Shown in pieces: positions 39,892 to 52,567 of a stretch of 64,000 nt of DNA. Source of the stretch: Felis catus (taxonomy: Eukaryota); assembly GCF_018350175.1 (NCBI RefSeq), contig NC_058368.1:136836001-136900000 (forward strand), read 5' to 3'. Within the stretch, counting starts at the first letter, position 1, and each line of letters begins with the position of its first letter. Under the pieces are notes generated by a model. That model worked only from the letters and a program-made list of their open reading frames with translations, was not told where the DNA came from and searched no databases. The translations under genes and the position numbers were made by a program.

Positions 39892-40400
39892 CTTGGAGCA
39901 TACCAAGAGGAAGAACGCCCAGGGGTTGAGGGAAAGGAAGGGGTGGGGTCACAGGCTGATGCTCCGCCCCCTTCCCCGGCGCGCGTAGCTGTCGCGGCCC
40001 AGGATAACATGGCTGCCGCAGTTCGGCGGCCGAGTCACGTTTTGCTGTTTACGCTGCAGAGTTCCGTGTCTCCCGGGGTGGGAGGCTCAGGCTCCACATG
40101 CTGCCGCTGCCCTCTCGGAGGTATCCGCGGACTTCTGGTCGTGAAGAAGGGGAGGAATGGGAAAGAAGGGAAATGGACACCTTAGCAGGCATCGCTTTGC
40201 GGGGAAATAAAAGCGCCTGCCTCAGTCGCTCACTGGCCTGGAGCAGCCTATGCTCTTGTGCCCTTTGGTTGCGCGCGTGTGCAGCACTGGCCCTTCGGTG
40301 TCGTCGAAGCCCCTTTGCTGGGAACCAGAGGACAGCCAGGCTGGGGTCTTGAGCTGGGGGCTATAGTAGTCCTTCAGATGGGGCGACGCTGTTGTCTGGA
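39840..40400. promoter_or_regulatory. CpG-rich bidirectional promoter of MRPS27/PTCD2
   Basis: GC- and CpG-rich block spanning both ATGs (117 bp apart); GC box CCGCCCC at 39964-39970; GGAAG/CTTCC ETS-like cores; no TATA box seen. Confidence 0.9.
40009..40120 (+). CDS. PTCD2: PTCD2 (pentatricopeptide repeat domain 2) coding exon 1
   Basis: aacATGGCT... MAAAVRRPSHVLLFTLQSSVSPGVGGSGSTCCRCPLG plus 1 nt, then donor gtatcc; matches recalled human PGVGGSGSVSCRCPLG. Confidence 0.95.
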
Positions 40401-40828
40401 AATCCCTCTCCCCCTTGGGTGTACTGTTCTGCAAAGTTTGGGAGTCGAGGTCTTAGACTGAGTTTGGTGTCCCAACTGGAGAGCTAACAGTCTAAAAGAC
40501 CTTGAGCAGGTGTCTTCATTTGTAAGATTGTCCATTAATAGCTTTACGGGAATGATTAAATTTCATTATGCTGGTGAGTGATAATAAAATATTTGACTTA
40601 GTGTCAGCTATTACTCTGCATTTTAAGTTTATTCCTTTTCTCTTGAAACCACCCCAATGAGAGAGGTACCATTCTTTTCTTGGTTTACAAAGATGGAAAC
40701 AGCAAGGCCAAGTAATTAGCCCAAGGTCAGAGGAATCCGGTAGAGGAGGGATTTGCCCTCAGGCAGCGCAACAGTATATTCCTACTGTAACCACTTCTCT
40801 GGACTCCCTTCTCATAAATAGACAACAC

Positions 40829-41021
40829 TTTTTTTAAAAAATATTTTTAATGTTTTATTTATTTTTGACAGAGAGCACACGCAGGGGAAGGGCAGAGAGA
40901 GAGGGGGAGAGAGGATCCGAAGAAGGCTCTGTACTGACAGCCGTGAGCCCGATGTGGGGCTCTAACTGTGAGATCATAACCTGAGTGAAGTCGGAGGCTT
41001 AACTAAGCCACCAGGCGCCCC
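40829..41021 (-). mobile_element. Can-SINE in PTCD2 intron 1
   Basis: Antisense copy ending CCAGGCGCCCC. Confidence 0.9.
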
Positions 41022-41101
41022 AGAGACAATCAACCTCTATTCATGTTCTTCACTAACTATAAAAGAATTAAAATGATTTTGCTTTTTTCTTTTATTTGTA
41101 G

Positions 41102-41194
41102 CTAAAAGATATCTACTTACAGATAATGTTGTGAAATTAAAAGAATTTCAGCATAAGAAGGTGGTTATTGCAAATCATCTTCCTGGTACTAAAG
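41102..41194 (+). CDS. PTCD2: PTCD2 coding exon 2
   Basis: ttgtag|CTAAAAGA...ACTAAAG|gtaatt, 93 nt, (A)[30 protein letters not shown]. Confidence 0.97.
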
Positions 41195-42845
41195 GTAATT
41201 GAATCTATTTTGTTGGTTCTTTCATCGATGTGTCATTCAGGTTTTGTTTTTTTTTGTTGTTGTTTTTTTGTTTTGTCTTTATCCGTTTGGTCTTCTCTAA
41301 TGACCTTATGTCCGAGAAGAGATTGACATAGTTCATTCTTGATTTCCTAGTCTACTCTTAAACGTACTTTTCATCTCACTTTCTGCTACTACAGAGCCTA
41401 CAGCTCTCCTCTTGTCACTTTTTCCAGGATCCCAGAGAAATACTAAAACTTGTGTTGGAACGAGTTCCCTCAGATCCCTGCCACCTAAACTAAGGGTCAA
41501 GGATTAGCAGCAACTGGGAGTTTCATAGAGATGCCCAGCTTAAAGCCCAGACTATTAATATGCACAGTAAGGTCTGAGAAGAACTGCTCAAGATGACTGG
41601 CTTTAACATTTTTTGATACACCTCTGAGTAAAAAGTACATTTTGCTTAGCATCCCCACTGTACACATACATATCTATACACAAATGAACCAGTGAAACAA
41701 AACCATCTTGTGGGATGCATTTTCATATTTTTCTACTCTGCGAAAAAGTCAATAGGGTAACACATTTTTTTAAATTAGCAAAATATTGGTCATTTGGGAA
41801 CCCAGGTGATGGGCACATGAGAGGTCATTATACTGTTCTCTTTCTGTTTTGGGGTATGTTTGAAAATTTTTATTACAAAAAGCTGAAAACACACTGCTCT
41901 CCTAGTTCTTCTTCCTGTCAGCATCTGAGAACTCTTGTTGAATTCATTCCCTCTCTCCACATTTTTTCTGGTACTTTAAATTCCTTGATAAGCATAGCAA
42001 GACTTCCCTTTGTTAATAACAGTTTAGTTTGTTCCTACTAAATTTCTCAGATCTCCTTCCTCTCACTGTCAAATGTTTATGGGCACGTAATAAACACTGC
42101 TTCTAGCCCTCCAGAAATCAGTTTTTCTTCACCACTTTTCTATTCATATACATTATACCACCTATGGAATGAGTAGATAAACCTTCAGAGTGAGGGAGAA
42201 TATGTTAATCTCCAGTGGACATTTTACTTCTGATTTTACTCAGCCTGGATTTTACTTCAGTCTTCTTTTTACTCATCACTTTTGGAGCTTTGTGAAGTTG
42301 GCAGTTGGGGCCTCATGTCATTTTTTAGTTACATCCAATTGTTGTAGTGTTTCTAAAGCTGTCACAATTGAGCATATGTTCTGAAAGGCAGTTAATGTAA
42401 TGAGTGCCAATCTACTCCATGGTCAGATTGATATTTATAAAAATCCTGTTAACATTTCTTCATTATAAGAACCGACAGTGGTCCTCTGTCCTATACCATA
42501 TTGTGTACATCCCCCCCCCCCCCACACACACAGCCACCCACGCACTGCCACCAGCTTCCCAGCTCCTCCATAATGGGCCCCTTACCCTTTATGGAGTCCA
42601 GTATGATTTCCTGTTAATGTAATCACAGTTCTTCCCTCACCACCTTCCCCTGTGCCCAGTTCTATGCTGTTGTTCATGCTGATTCTTATACCAAGAATGA
42701 TCCCCTCTCCTGAGTTTCTCCAACCCTATCCAGCCACTTCCTTTCTGGTACCTTTCCACATCTGCCAAACCTGGTCTATTTCTGCCACCCTGATTTCTTT
42801 CTATTTATATAGTTGGCCACCTGTCACTCCCTCAGTCATTGTTTT

Positions 42846-43058
42846 CAAAAAAAATTTTTTTAATGTTTATTATTTTTGAGTGAGAGAGACAGATTGCGAG
42901 CGAGGGGAGGGGCAGAGAAGGAGACACAGAATCCACAGCAGGCTCCAGGCTCCGAGCTGTCAGCACAGAGCCTGACGCGGGACTTGAACTCACAAACCGT
43001 GAGGTCATAACCTGAGCAGAAGTCAGACGCTTAACCGACTGAGCCACTCATGTGCCCC
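42846..43058 (-). mobile_element. Can-SINE
   Basis: Antisense copy; TSD-like CTCA(G/A)TCATTGTTTTCA. Confidence 0.92.
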
Positions 43059-44282
43059 TCAATCATTGTTTTCAGATAGCTTTGCGTAACTGTGTCATGT
43101 TTTTTCAAATAGATTAAGTTCTTTCAGGACGGGAACCCTGCCTTAGCCTTCCTTGTGTTGCTCATGAACACTTAAATCTTGATTATTTGTTTGAAAGTGC
43201 AAATTATACTGTTGAAATTTTGGATTCTTAAGGCTTATTGAAAAGTGTAAGTCGTCCCATTAGAATTATTTCGATTAGAAATTGTTTAGAATCAGTTAAT
43301 AGTATAAATTCTCTTAAATCTAATAAGTGATGGAATGAAAATGAGAACAAAAAATGATTTACTGGCAATTACTATATAGTAGGCCCTGTGCTAAATGCTT
43401 AATGTACATTATGTCAGGATACCCCATGAGGTAGCTCTCACGATTCTCACTTTATATGTGGAATCAAGTCTAACAGACAAGGGTCTCCCCATAGCATGCA
43501 AGTAGCAGAGCCTAGCTTATAGCCCGGGCCTCTCCACCTCTAAAACCTTTAACCATGACCTGGCTCTGCAAATAAAGATTGGATGGTCCACAGTATTAAC
43601 TTAAACCAGGTGGGCCTTCTTTTCTTTAAATTGAGAACAGTGTCTGCCTCAGCTTCCCAGTCTTGTGTTTTAATACATATTGTGCCATTCCTTTAAGCAG
43701 CCTTCCTTCAAAGCTCTGGGCCTTGGAGCAAAACCCGTAGACTTTTCTTGGCAGCTCTTGATACTGAGAACAGCTCTGCCTTCTAGAAAGCAGATGCTTC
43801 TTTATTGCTGGGCTTGCATCTCACCCCACATTCTGCTGAGAATCTGATCCCTTCCTAATGCCAAGAAGCAGTGTTTCCTTTTGGTGTTTGACTGTCTCCA
43901 CAGTTGATCAGATACAAGACGGGACAGAGATAAGTATAAGCATTTTGAAATGATTCTGTTACCAAGAGTGTTTGCTGCTGTTGAGAGGATGGGTTTTTTT
44001 TACCGTGTGCATTATGTAGTACTGTGTCATGCTGTCTAATAACTGAGTAGGGAGAGCAAGAGAAATGAAAGGTAGAGTTGAACCAAGGGCAAGAGACTTG
44101 AAATATTGCTAAATCGTGTAGGTCAACCACTGGGGCAAACCCATCTTCAGTACACATCTTCCTTTCAGTTTTCCTGCTAGATACCCTGCCAATTGTTGGT
44201 TTAGATGTCTTGGTTGCATTTTTTTTTTTTTTTTTTCCCTAATGGGTCACCTGTCGATAGTTTTTTGGACTAAGCCTCTGGG

Positions 44283-44468
44283 ACATAGTTCTTAAAACTT
44301 TAGTGTGCAGAAGGGTCACCCAGGTAGTCAAAATTGCATATTCCTGTGTTCTTACCCTCAAAGATTGTATGTTAGAAAGTTTTGAGTGGGCCCCCATCCT
44401 GTGCTCCTGTAGCACAGATACATGGTTTGCTTCATAGACCTTCTGTGATACTGCTCTTAAGGACACTA
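44283..44468. mobile_element. MER5A-like hAT relic
   Basis: TAGTTCTTAAAACTTTAGTGTGCAGAAGGGTCACCCAGG...GAGTGGGCCC. Confidence 0.6.
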
Positions 44469-44600
44469 GTCAGTGATGGGAGCCTCTCTCAGTGCCTCTT
44501 TGCAGTGTGCCAGAATCCAGCTTCCCCTTCTCCCTGAGGTCAGACTCCTGACAGTCCCAGTCAGCCTGAGTGACGGCCACCACACTCTGCTTTCTTCCAG

Positions 44601-44730
44601 CAACCTACCTGAGAAACATGAAAGAGAAATTGGCCCAGAATAAGCTCATCTTGAAGGACGAGTTGAAAACCTTCCTTCATTTGTGTGATACCCGGGATGA
44701 TGTGGAACTGGCTAAAAATGTCATTTACAG
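44601..44730 (+). CDS. PTCD2: PTCD2 coding exon 3
   Basis: ttccag|CAACC...TTTACAG|gtgagg, 130 nt, (A)[42 protein letters not shown](R). Confidence 0.97.
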
Positions 44731-45779
44731 GTGAGGCATTTCTGTACAATTCTGCCAGGTTTGGTTTCTTCTTTCTTTTTCCTGAAGAATCTCATCCATT
44801 TAACAGGGATTCAGCTGGCAACTATACATTGATGACTTTCAAATCTCGTGTCCACATGCCTACCCCCAGCTCCAGACATTTATGTTCCCTTAGCAATTGC
44901 TTCCTGGATTCCTTTTATATGCCAGGTACTAAGGATAGAAAACCAGAATTCATGTCCTAAGAAATCACCAGCCTGATGAAGTCCACTTACATATCCCCTA
45001 GGTCTTCACATTCAACTCACACAAATTGCTTCCTTTTACTATTTTCTGTCGTACTGACCCCTCAGGATGGATAACTGGGAGCCTCTTTCCTCTAACCTTA
45101 CTTGCTCTCCTCCCTGATTCCAGGATGAGAAATCCTACTGCTTCCACTTTCCTGGTATCTCTCATCTCTGGCCTTCCTCTCTGTCCTCGTTACCAGTGTC
45201 TTAGTTCAGGCCTCGTCATCTCTCACTTGGACCACTTCATGGACTCCTCGCTCATCTGTCTCCTCCAGGCAAATGTCTCTTTCTCTGATCCATTGTCATT
45301 TTCCCACGTCAGGGGAATTCCCGTGTAATCATAGTCTGCTGTTAGGAAACCTAGCAAAGGTTTCACTTACTCGGGAAGTGTATGAACCGAAATCAACAGG
45401 CTTTGTTTCTAAAATTAAATTCATGGCTTTTTTTTTTTTTTTTTTTTACCATTCTTGAAGGATAGGTTTCTACAGATGGACCTGCATTTATAATGTAGAG
45501 AGAGTAGTATAAGTGTGTTCATATGTAGAATACTGGAAGAGTATGTACCAAAAGTTAATTGTGGTTCTCTGGGAATTATACATATTTTTTGGTTTAAATA
45601 TGTGTTTTTTTTAGTCTCTCAAACTTGTCTACAGTGGGCATTATCAATTTTATAATATGAAAAATTAATGTTATCTTTAAAAGGAAAAAACATAAAATTA
45701 CACACAATCCATTGAAAGTTTGAAAAACACCAAAAAAGTAGAAGAAATACATCACAGATTCTGCTATTTCTGTTGTCTC

Positions 45780-46190
45780 TTGTTGCACACCAGAACATGA
45801 TAACTGTTTTTTTTCTGTTATCTATTATTATCTATTATCTATTATTTCTGTGGGTCAGGAATTGAGGCCTGCTAGTTCTGTATTAGTGTCTGCTAAAGTC
45901 ACTTGCTCCTCTATGGTCAGCTGCTGGCTGGTCTGAGCTGGAAGGTCCAAGAGGCTTTACTTGCATTTCTGATGCCTGCGTCCGCGTGACCCCTCTCTCC
46001 TTGGAGTGTCTCGTCGTTCATGAGTCTAGCCTGGGCTGCACTAGCACCCTGCACAAGTGGAAGCTGCAGGCCTTGTAAAGCTGCCTGGAACTGGCACAGC
46101 TTCACTTCTGTCGCATTGTCTTGGTCAAGGCAAGTTACCTGGCACTCCCACACTCAGCAGGGAGGAGCAACAGTTCCACCTCCGGATGGA
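45780..46190. mobile_element. Old MaLR LTR fragment (MLT1J/K-like)
   Basis: TTCTGTGGGTCAGGAATT...GGAAGCTGCAGGCC...CTTCACTTCTGTCGCATTGTCTTGGTCAAGGCAAGT. Confidence 0.6.
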
Positions 46191-46224
46191 TCAACCACTG
46201 TTGATATTTGATACATTTTGTCAC

Positions 46225-46420
46225 TGTTTATTTTTGAGCGGGGAGGCAGGCAGAGCATAAGTCGGGGAGGGGCAGAGAGAAAGAGAGACAGAATCTGAAG
46301 TAGGCTCCAAGCTCTGAGCTGTCAGCACAGAGCCTGATGCAGAGCTCGAATCCACAAACCACAAGATCATGACCTGAGTCGAGGCTGGATATTTAGCTGA
46401 CTGAGCCACCAGACATCCCC
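46225..46420 (-). mobile_element. Can-SINE
   Basis: Antisense copy. Confidence 0.9.
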
Positions 46421-47339
46421 AATTTCTCACTAATTTTTTACGTGCAAAGATTGTATGGTTTTGATAGGGTTTATTTATACTTTCCTAATAATTACTGTAT
46501 ATATAATGATAGTGTTTTCTACTTAGTATTACAGCATAATTTTTTTGTTAATATACCTTAGGAGTTATATTTTAATGACTTTATAATATTCCATTGTATG
46601 TCAGGTACCCCTCTTGTTGAATGTCTGATTTTTGATATTTTCATCAGTATGAATAATGCCGTGATGAGCAACTGTATGCATAAAACATACTCTTTCTGTT
46701 TTGGAGATGATCAGAGAATATGAACATTTTAAAATTAATACAAATGCCAGATTATTTTCCAAAAGGGTTATGCTAATTTACATTTGCACGGTATTAGGAA
46801 TCCTAATACTATCTCAGTTTCACAAAGATGAATGATATTAGACCCTCTGGCTTGTTTTATTGTCAGTTTTTACTACCCAAATCTAAATCATTGCTAATAA
46901 CTCTGCCCAGTTGCTGTCTCTCCCCTCTACTGCTGGACAGCTGGAAAAGTGGGAAAATGGGCAGGTCCATGGCCTAACCAACCTGTTCTCTGTCTTGCTG
47001 ACACAGGTACCCCACTACTGGGGAGGAAGAGTAATGAGCTAGAACATAAGCTCTTTATGGAGTCAAAAGTGAGGAGCAACTTAATACCCCCCATAGTCTT
47101 GACCACATGCTGGTGTGTGGTTTATTAGGGGTATTTTAGATTCTCTGATTTGAACATTTCTTGTCAAGAAGAGGTAATACTTTGTGAATTTCTAGCACTT
47201 TTATTAGTGTAAATGTTCTCTAAATTGGGAAAACTTTTGTTTTGCATTATTTTATTTTTAATCTGGCATAAATTTTTCATGACACTATTTTTGGAATGTA
47301 TTGATTTTTAAAGATCTTTTCCACAGCATGCCTTATATT

Positions 47340-47620
47340 TTATAAGAGCTGACACAAATGGCAGATTTTCCGTGTGCTAGTAGGCATGTCATCTTAATTA
47401 ATCGTTACAAAAACTTTGAGTTGAACTTTTATCTCCATTTACAGATGAAGAAACTGAGGCATGGAGTGGTTAACTTATTTGCTCCTGGTTATACAGTTAG
47501 TAAGTAAAAGAACTGGGATTTGAACTGTCAGCTTGGAATCAGAATCTAAAAATCCTTAGTCACTAGGTACTATAGTACCTTAGTCACTTAGGTACTTAGT
47601 CACTTAGGTACTATATTGCC
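47340..47620. mobile_element. MIR
   Basis: CCATTTACAGATGAAGAAACTGAGGC...GGGATTTGAAC core. Confidence 0.75.
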
Positions 47621-48731
47621 TTTAAATAACCTAATTCTTTCCCCCCCAGTATTACTGAGGTATGATTGACAACTAAAACTCATGTATATTTAAGGTGTAC
47701 AACTGATATAATTTAATTCATAACTTGTAATGAAGCACTGAATATATTTTATAATTTCTATAATTTGACTACGAAGTATATCTTTGAAAGTACGTATCAT
47801 CATTCTATTTGGCATTATGTATGTTTGGGATACACTATCCATGATGTTACTGTGACTGTCCTCCGTGATTTCGGCAGAAGGCTAAAAAGCGTTCTGGTTT
47901 TAAAGTCAGAGCTATTCCCCGTGGTATGTGTGATTTATTCACATAATGAGTCTTAGTAAAATCTGGTTTACAAGTAATCTTGCGATACTTATTTTGTCAC
48001 CAGATTGTCTTCTTGGTGTCTAAAACAGAAAGAGTTGGTTATTGAAAGTAAATTTATGCTAGCAATTTTTAGTTCTGCATCCTAACTGGTGGACTGACTG
48101 CTTGTAGAAACCTCAAGGCACGTATAAGATGTCACTGTCTGAAATTAGTGTTTTGCTAAAACTAAACTTCAAAACAGCATTTAATTTGTTTAGCTAGGTG
48201 ATGGTAGATCACATATGCCTTTTCCTGAGCAGAGGAAAACAGCGATGGGTCTAAATTGTAAAGTACATCTGTAGGTTGTCTGTCATCCTCTATGGAGAAG
48301 TCATATTGGAGGAGGACAGAGCATCACTTCACTCCTTTGATTCGTTCCTCTCTAGATGGGGTCCATACAAAGACACAGTGCCATTCTCTCGAGTTTGCTG
48401 TGCAAGAGCCCTGTTGTTCCCTGACCTTTGCTAGCACTCATCCTAGCAGTTTGTTGATATATTGAGAAGATAATTACAATGTACGTTTTTCCATTCTTTG
48501 ATTTCATGTAGTCATGTGGGCCTCTCGCAAATCCTTTCTATTTAAATGTCTGGCATACTTCACTCCAGAATTCCTCTCATTGTCCTCGTTTCTGCACTTT
48601 TCTCCCTCCGGACTGTGAGAGTACCTCGTTCTTTATTGTGTCCCCAGCATCTAGCAGAGTACATGCCACAGTCGGTCTGTCCTTTTCCCTGCATCTCACT
48701 ATTTGACTCACTGAATCATTTTCATTACCAG

Positions 48732-48849
48732 GTACCATACAGAGAACAGAAATGTCACTTTGGGAGAGTATAAATTTGGACCACTTTTCATGAGGTTGTG
48801 CTACGAGTTGGATCTTGAGGACTCTGCATTGGAACTCATCAAAGACCAG
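48732..48849 (+). CDS. PTCD2: PTCD2 coding exon 4
   Basis: taccag|GTACCAT...GACCAG|gttatt, 118 nt, [39 protein letters not shown]. Confidence 0.97.
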
Positions 48850-49629
48850 GTTATTGTCTCCCGATTACTGTCCCTGTCAGTGTGATTTCCTTGTGCTGAG
48901 CCTTGGGTGTTTTTAGTGATGTTAGGGAAGGCATCTCACTTACATTATTCCTGGCTTAGATTTTTCAGATCAAGGTTCCTAAGCTGAAGGAATGAGCTCT
49001 TACCTGTATTTTAAGGTTTCCTTGGAGTCCATTGCTATGAAGAGGCCTTGCTCTTTTCAGACAGAGCTGTAGGACAGGTGTGGAAGAGATGTATGGACAA
49101 ATTATAAGGGGTCTACCTTCCTTGGTTGTGACCTGGGACTAACCTCTCAGAGAAGCTTTTAGCGGGGGATTGTTTAAGACAGGCAGCCATTTTAAGATTG
49201 CCTTTCCTGTTACCCACCTGTGATTCTCCTTTCTTTTTATATTATTTACTTCTTGTTGATGGCCACCTTGTATAGTGCTTTTCTGGTTTTCAGAATAGCT
49301 TCACATCTTCTGATTTTCTTTTCTTAAAGACAAAAATAATGATAATTATTTCTGTAATTATTTATTGAACATATACTGTGTCCTCAGCACTGTGCTTAAG
49401 CACTATACCTGCCTGATTTATTTCGCACAGACCGTGGTGAGGTGGATACTGTCATTCTATCCATTTTACTGATGAGGAAAGTGGCACTTAGACACATGGT
49501 AAATTCATACATGGTCAGAAACATTTATTTTGGGGCCAGGGCTGGCCACCTGGGACCCTTTTGTATTTTTAGGAACCCTCTACTAAATTGTGTTTCTGTC
49601 TTGTACTCTTCGTATAAAGTGTTCTTTCT

Positions 49630-49843
49630 TTTTTTTGTTGTTTAATGTTTGTTTATTTTTTGAGAGAGACATAGAGCACGAGCGGGGGAGGGGCAGAAAG
49701 AGAGGGAGACACAGAATCTGAAGCAGGCTCCAGGCTCCAAGCTGTCAGCACAGAGCCCGATGCGGGGTTCGAACTCACAAGCTGTGAGATCATGACCTGA
49801 GCCTAAGTCAGAAACTTAACTGACTGAGCCACCCAGGCACCCC
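49630..49843 (-). mobile_element. Can-SINE
   Basis: Antisense copy; TSD TAAAGTGTTCTTTC. Confidence 0.93.
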
Positions 49844-50407
49844 TAAAGTGTTCTTTCCATGGTAGAGCTGTGAACTCTTGACTTTCCCCTCTTTTAAGGA
49901 CACCAATTGTTTAGAAAGAGGATCATACTGTATTAGTAACCAGAGAAAAGGGGGTTTTACAACAATGAGGATTGGTTTGAACCTATATTTTTCCTAGAAG
50001 AAAAATATACACATTTATATTTTAGTATATATCTATTAAAAATCTGCAAGGATCTACATGAAATTCCTACTGCTTATCTTTAGGGGGTAGAATTACAGGA
50101 AATTCTTACTTTTTACTTTATGTTTTTGTATTGTTTGACTTCGGTAATCATGTGTTGTAATTAAAGGAAAATGAAGGAAAATGAAAATTTCACTGTAATG
50201 ACAGCCATGAGTCTAATGATTAAAAAGCGAAAAGAAAGTGCAACTTCAGTTGTTTTTTTGTTTTTTTTGTTTTAAACTTAGACCCATGCATGAAATAATC
50301 ATATACAACCAAGTTGCCTGGAGTAGCAGATTAAACGGAATTTGAGTCCAGTGACATTAAAGCCTAATCCTGTTTCCACTCTTATTGTGTCCCCTACCCT
50401 GAACCCT

Positions 50408-50700
50408 GTAGTGCTGCCCGTATCATAGCCACTGTCTGCATGTATCTATGGAGCCCTTGGACTGTGGCTAGTTGAAATTACATGGGCTGTAAGGGTAGAA
50501 TGCATGATGGATTTCACATGCTTGATATAAAAAAGAAAAAGTGCTAAATTTTTTTATTGGTTACATGTTGAAATTATATTTTGCTTTTAGTGGCTTAGGT
50601 AACATCATTAAAACTGACTTCCTGTATTTCTACTTTTTTTAATGAAGCTACTTGAAAATGTAGAACCACATATATGGCTCACACTGTGGACAGGGCTGCT
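50408..50700. mobile_element. MER33-like hAT relic
   Basis: TAGCCACT...GTGGCTAGTTGAAATTAC...TTACATGTTGAAAT...ACATATATGGCTCAC...GGACAGGGCTG. Confidence 0.7.
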
Positions 50701-50719
50701 CTGGGCCTTCCCATCATAC

Positions 50720-51160
50720 TCAGAGGAGAACTCAGACCCCTGATCATGACTTAGAGGTCCCTTGTAGTGTCTCATCACCTGCCATCCCCCTTGCTCACTC
50801 CACTCTTGGGCTTTCTTATTCTAAGAACTGCCACACCCATGGTCTCAGACTAGAATGGTCTACACCCTTGTCATCAAGGCTCTCCTTTACTCCATTGAGG
50901 TCTCCTCAGAAAGTCTTCCCTGATGACCTTCTATCATCTACTCTATCCCTTTTTCCCCTTCATTGCCCTTCATAGCCCTTATTGATAACTTGAAATTACA
51001 TTTTTACTTCTTCACTGGTTTTACTCGTTCATCGTCTCCCATGCCAGAATTTAAGCTCTACTAGATTATAAGCCCCACTAGAGTTAGGGCAGGGTTATGT
51101 GTCTTGTTTATTATTTCTTTATTTTCAGCCCCTAGAACAGGGTCTGCATAGTGGGCTTTC
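50720..51160. mobile_element. L2 3' relic
   Basis: TCCTCAGAAAGTCTTCCCTGA...AGGGCAGG...GTCTTGTT...CCTAGAACAG. Confidence 0.6.
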
Positions 51161-51380
51161 AAAATAAGAACAAACTAGAGCAAGGAGGCATTTAATGGCA
51201 TATTTGAATAGCATGTGTTGCATTATCATGATATTAAAAATGTTGAGGAAAAAATGTTGAGAACCACTCTTCTAGTGAATTATTTCCAAAAGTGAGTATT
51301 AATCATTTGCCAAAAGAGCATCACAGCTTTGTAAGACTCTTCTTGCTTAGTCCTCATGCATACTTATACCTGCCTTTTCA

Positions 51381-51588
51381 TATTTTTTTGACATTTATTC
51401 ATTTTTGAGAGAGAGAGAAAAAGACAGAACATGAGCAGGGGAGGGACAGAGAGAGGGAGACACAGAATCCAAAGCAGGCTCCAGGCTCTGAGCTGTCAGC
51501 ACAGAGCCCGATGCAGGGCTTGAACCAGTGAGATCATAACCTGAGCCAAAGTCCGAACGCTTAACCAATTGAGCCACCCAGGTGCCCC
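51381..51588 (-). mobile_element. Can-SINE
   Basis: Antisense copy; TSD GCCTTTTCATATT. Confidence 0.92.
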
Positions 51589-51976
51589 TGGCCTTTTCAT
51601 ATTAATATACTGCCACCCACATTGCAGGACCCCCTTACCAAAGTTAATTGACTTGTTTCTTTTTTTGTAAGCACCGGAGAGCCATGTATAATGAAGATGT
51701 CCTTCACTGTATTTCTGAAACCCAGAGAGCTCTTGCCATACTGCTTGCCTTGTTTGTATGCCCAGCCAAAGACATGACAGTCGAAAGAGTGGGCAGCATT
51801 TGAATTTTTTTGAAAAATAAATCCTGGTATATCAGAGATTTATTAGAGAATTCAGGGGACCAGATGAATAAAGTATATGCAAAAATAAGTCCTGGATAGA
51901 GAAGATAGAATTATAAAAATATATCCTCAATAGTTAAAAACTTTTAACCAAACTGTGTTTGTTTGTTTTTTATTAG

Positions 51977-52055
51977 CATTTACGAGGTTTCTTCTCAGAC
52001 ACCACATCATTCAATATTTTGATGGATATGTTATTTATTAAAGGCAAATATACAA
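51977..52055 (+). CDS. PTCD2: PTCD2 coding exon 5
   Basis: tattag|CATTTA...TATACAA|gtgagt, 79 nt, HLRGFFSDTTSFNILMDMLFIKGKYT (PPR-type helix). Confidence 0.97.
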
Positions 52056-52475
52056 GTGAGTATTAGAATTTGTTGAAAAATTCTGTCTTTGGTAATATAG
52101 CAGTTAGGAAAAACAATGGACCATGCAAAAATGATCCTTATATTCTTGATGAATGACTGAACTCTGGAGACTTCATTCTTTTAAGTTTGAAAACAACATT
52201 ATTGCATCTTATGTCATGCCTTAAACTAAACACCCTGATTTTACTTATGCTGAAAGTATAAGTAAGTTTAAAATATTAGTTCTTACTGTATCGTTTGATA
52301 ATTTCTTTGAAATTTAGTTAATTGATAAATGACTTTGACAGCTTTGACTTGCTTCTGGAATATACTTTTCAGTAGATGGTGCTGAACAGATTAGAATGTT
52401 GGGAATCAATAGTAGACGACTCTGAACTCACCTGAATGCATTTAACACTGTCCGCCCACTTCTCATTTTTGGTAG

Positions 52476-52567
52476 GTGCGCTGGAAGTGCTGATAGAGAT
52501 GAAAAACCAAGATGTGAAATTCAACAAAGAAACCTATGTCCTTGCTTTTGCAATTTGCTACAAACTG
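52476..52567 (+). CDS. PTCD2: PTCD2 coding exon 6
   Basis: tggtag|GTGCG...AAACTG|gtaaaa, 92 nt, (S)[30 protein letters not shown]. Confidence 0.97.

Noticed and set aside
46985..47012. Pyrimidine tract plus cag|GTACCC in PTCD2 intron 3 as a recursive splice site
   Set aside because: The donor half is weak and the intron is short; likely chance.
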